Position numbers and translations under genes: made by a program | Source: Thermoplasmata archaeon | GTDB taxonomy: Archaea > Thermoplasmatota > E2 > DHVEG-1 | Direction of reading: 5' to 3' | DNA length: 64,000 nucleotides | Assembly (NCBI GenBank): GCA_003942085.1 | Contig: DQIQ01000001.1 | Span: 24,950 to 88,949, forward strand | The notes under the pieces: generated by a model | What the model was told of the DNA's origin: nothing | The model's input: only the letters and a program-made list of their open reading frames with translations | Databases searched by the model: none | Shown here: positions 62,951 to 64,000 of the stretch, in pieces | Position numbering within the stretch: position 1 is the first letter of the stretch | How the letters are laid out: every line of letters begins with the position of its first letter

Positions 62951-64000
62951 TTACATTGGACGGACATGAGATAAATTTTGCATTCCGATCGCAAGTGCTT
63001 CTAATCCATTCTGTAATATTTCTGAATCACAGCCAAATGATAATCGAATAAAACCTTCCGAATTGAAATACGCCCCAGGGTTCACCAATACCTTCTGTGT
63101 CTCAAACAAATGTTTACAGAGGTCGACGGAGGGGAGCTTCAAGGAATATTTCGGAAAACAAACCAGACCGCCCTCAGGCTCAACCCACGTCAAAATATCC
63201 GGGTTCTGATTCATCCATTTTTTTAAAATAGCACGGTTTGTTGTCGCTTGTTTCTGAAATCGTTTCATCACGGTATCACGAGCATCCTTAAGGAGACGCG
63301 CTGTCATGATTTCAGAGACATATGATGACGCACCAGTGGTGTGCGCTTTCATTCGCTGACATCGCATCGCAATTTCTTCTGGTGCGACTATCCATCCAGA
63401 ATGAAGCCCACCAAGACCATAGATCTTCGTCGCACTTGACGTCACCAGAACATTCGGCAACCCAAATGATGAAGGTTTTTTCGTAATGGCACCATCAAGA
63501 AAGATTTCATCGACCAGAACGAACGCATCATGATCACACGCAACCTCAGCAACAGCTTTAATTGTTGTCGCATCAGTATACACACCACTCGGGTTATGAA
63601 GATTCGTAAGCACGACCAACTTGGTTTTTTTCGTAAAAAGATTCTTGAGTGCCTCCAAATCGACTCTGAATTCGTTTTCAAATGTGCGCGGCCAGTTGAT
63701 GCGTTGTGCGCCAAGCATTTCAGGGGTCAGCCACATCGGCTGGTACCCTGGTTGTTCGACGATGAACTCATCTCCTTTGCTGAGAAGAGAAGAAAAAACA
63801 AGGTAGTTTGCCTCAGAAGCACCGGTGGTGGTGACGATATTATTCACTGTACAGTCATATAGAGAACGAAGACACTCTTTCAACTCAGAGGCTCCATACT
63901 GCTGATTTACACCAAGATCAAAGGTATTAGGGAGTAAAAAACTGGTAAGCTCAGTAAATTCTTCTACCGTCAATCCAGAGATGTTACTATAGGCAAGGTT
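62951..64000 (-). CDS. PLP-dependent aminotransferase class I/II (5' end beyond the window)
   Basis: TNLHNPSG, VDEIF, SSATKIYGLGGL..GW, IRLSFG; frame stays open to 64000. Confidence 0.9.
   Translation of the reverse strand, partial: NLAYSNISGLTVEEFTELTSFLLPNTFDLGVNQQYGASELKECLRSLYDCTVNNIVTTTGASEANYLVFSSLLSKGDEFIVEQPGYQPMWLTPEMLGAQRINWPRTFENEFRVDLEALKNLFTKKTKLVVLTNLHNPSGVYTDATTIKAVAEVACDHDAFVLVDEIFLDGAITKKPSSFGLPNVLVTSSATKIYGLGGLHSGWIVAPEEIAMRCQRMKAHTTGASSYVSEIMTARLLKDARDTVMKRFQKQATTNRAILKKWMNQNPDILTWVEPEGGLVCFPKYSLKLPSVDLCKHLFETQKVLVNPGAYFNSEGFIRLSFGCDSEILQNGLEALAIGMQNLSHVRPM

Overview
Archaeal chromosomal window, most consistent with Thermoplasmatota (MBG-D/Thermoprofundales-like). This is inferred from NMD3, a PGF-CTERM protein, GAGGTG-type ribosome binding sites, TATA promoters, a tRNA without encoded CCA, and many secreted PKD/Ig-domain proteins. 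The core part holds bacterial-type metK, a thiol-redox/polyferredoxin cluster, a cysDNC-sulfotransferase operon, pfkA, truA, nmd3, an ACD-GNAT/PFOR/deacetylase cluster, MvhGAD hydrogenase, asnA, slyD and nrdJ. The main unexplained structure is a ~15.3 kb accessory region (24.4-39.8 kb) anchored at tRNA-Leu(CAA). It has three extra copies of the tRNA 3' end, each fused to a 15-bp arm that is the inverted repeat of the sequence flanking the tRNA. No integrase, transposase or Cas1 gene is present in the window. The cargo is shuffled secreted-protein modules, and the outermost unit carries a promoter-preceded, extensively base-paired ~245-nt candidate ncRNA. Other unannotated candidates are an anti-Shine-Dalgarno-loop sRNA, a two-micropeptide operon with a structured leader, and several small ORFs missing from the ORF track. 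All calls come from reading motifs by eye; no searches were run.
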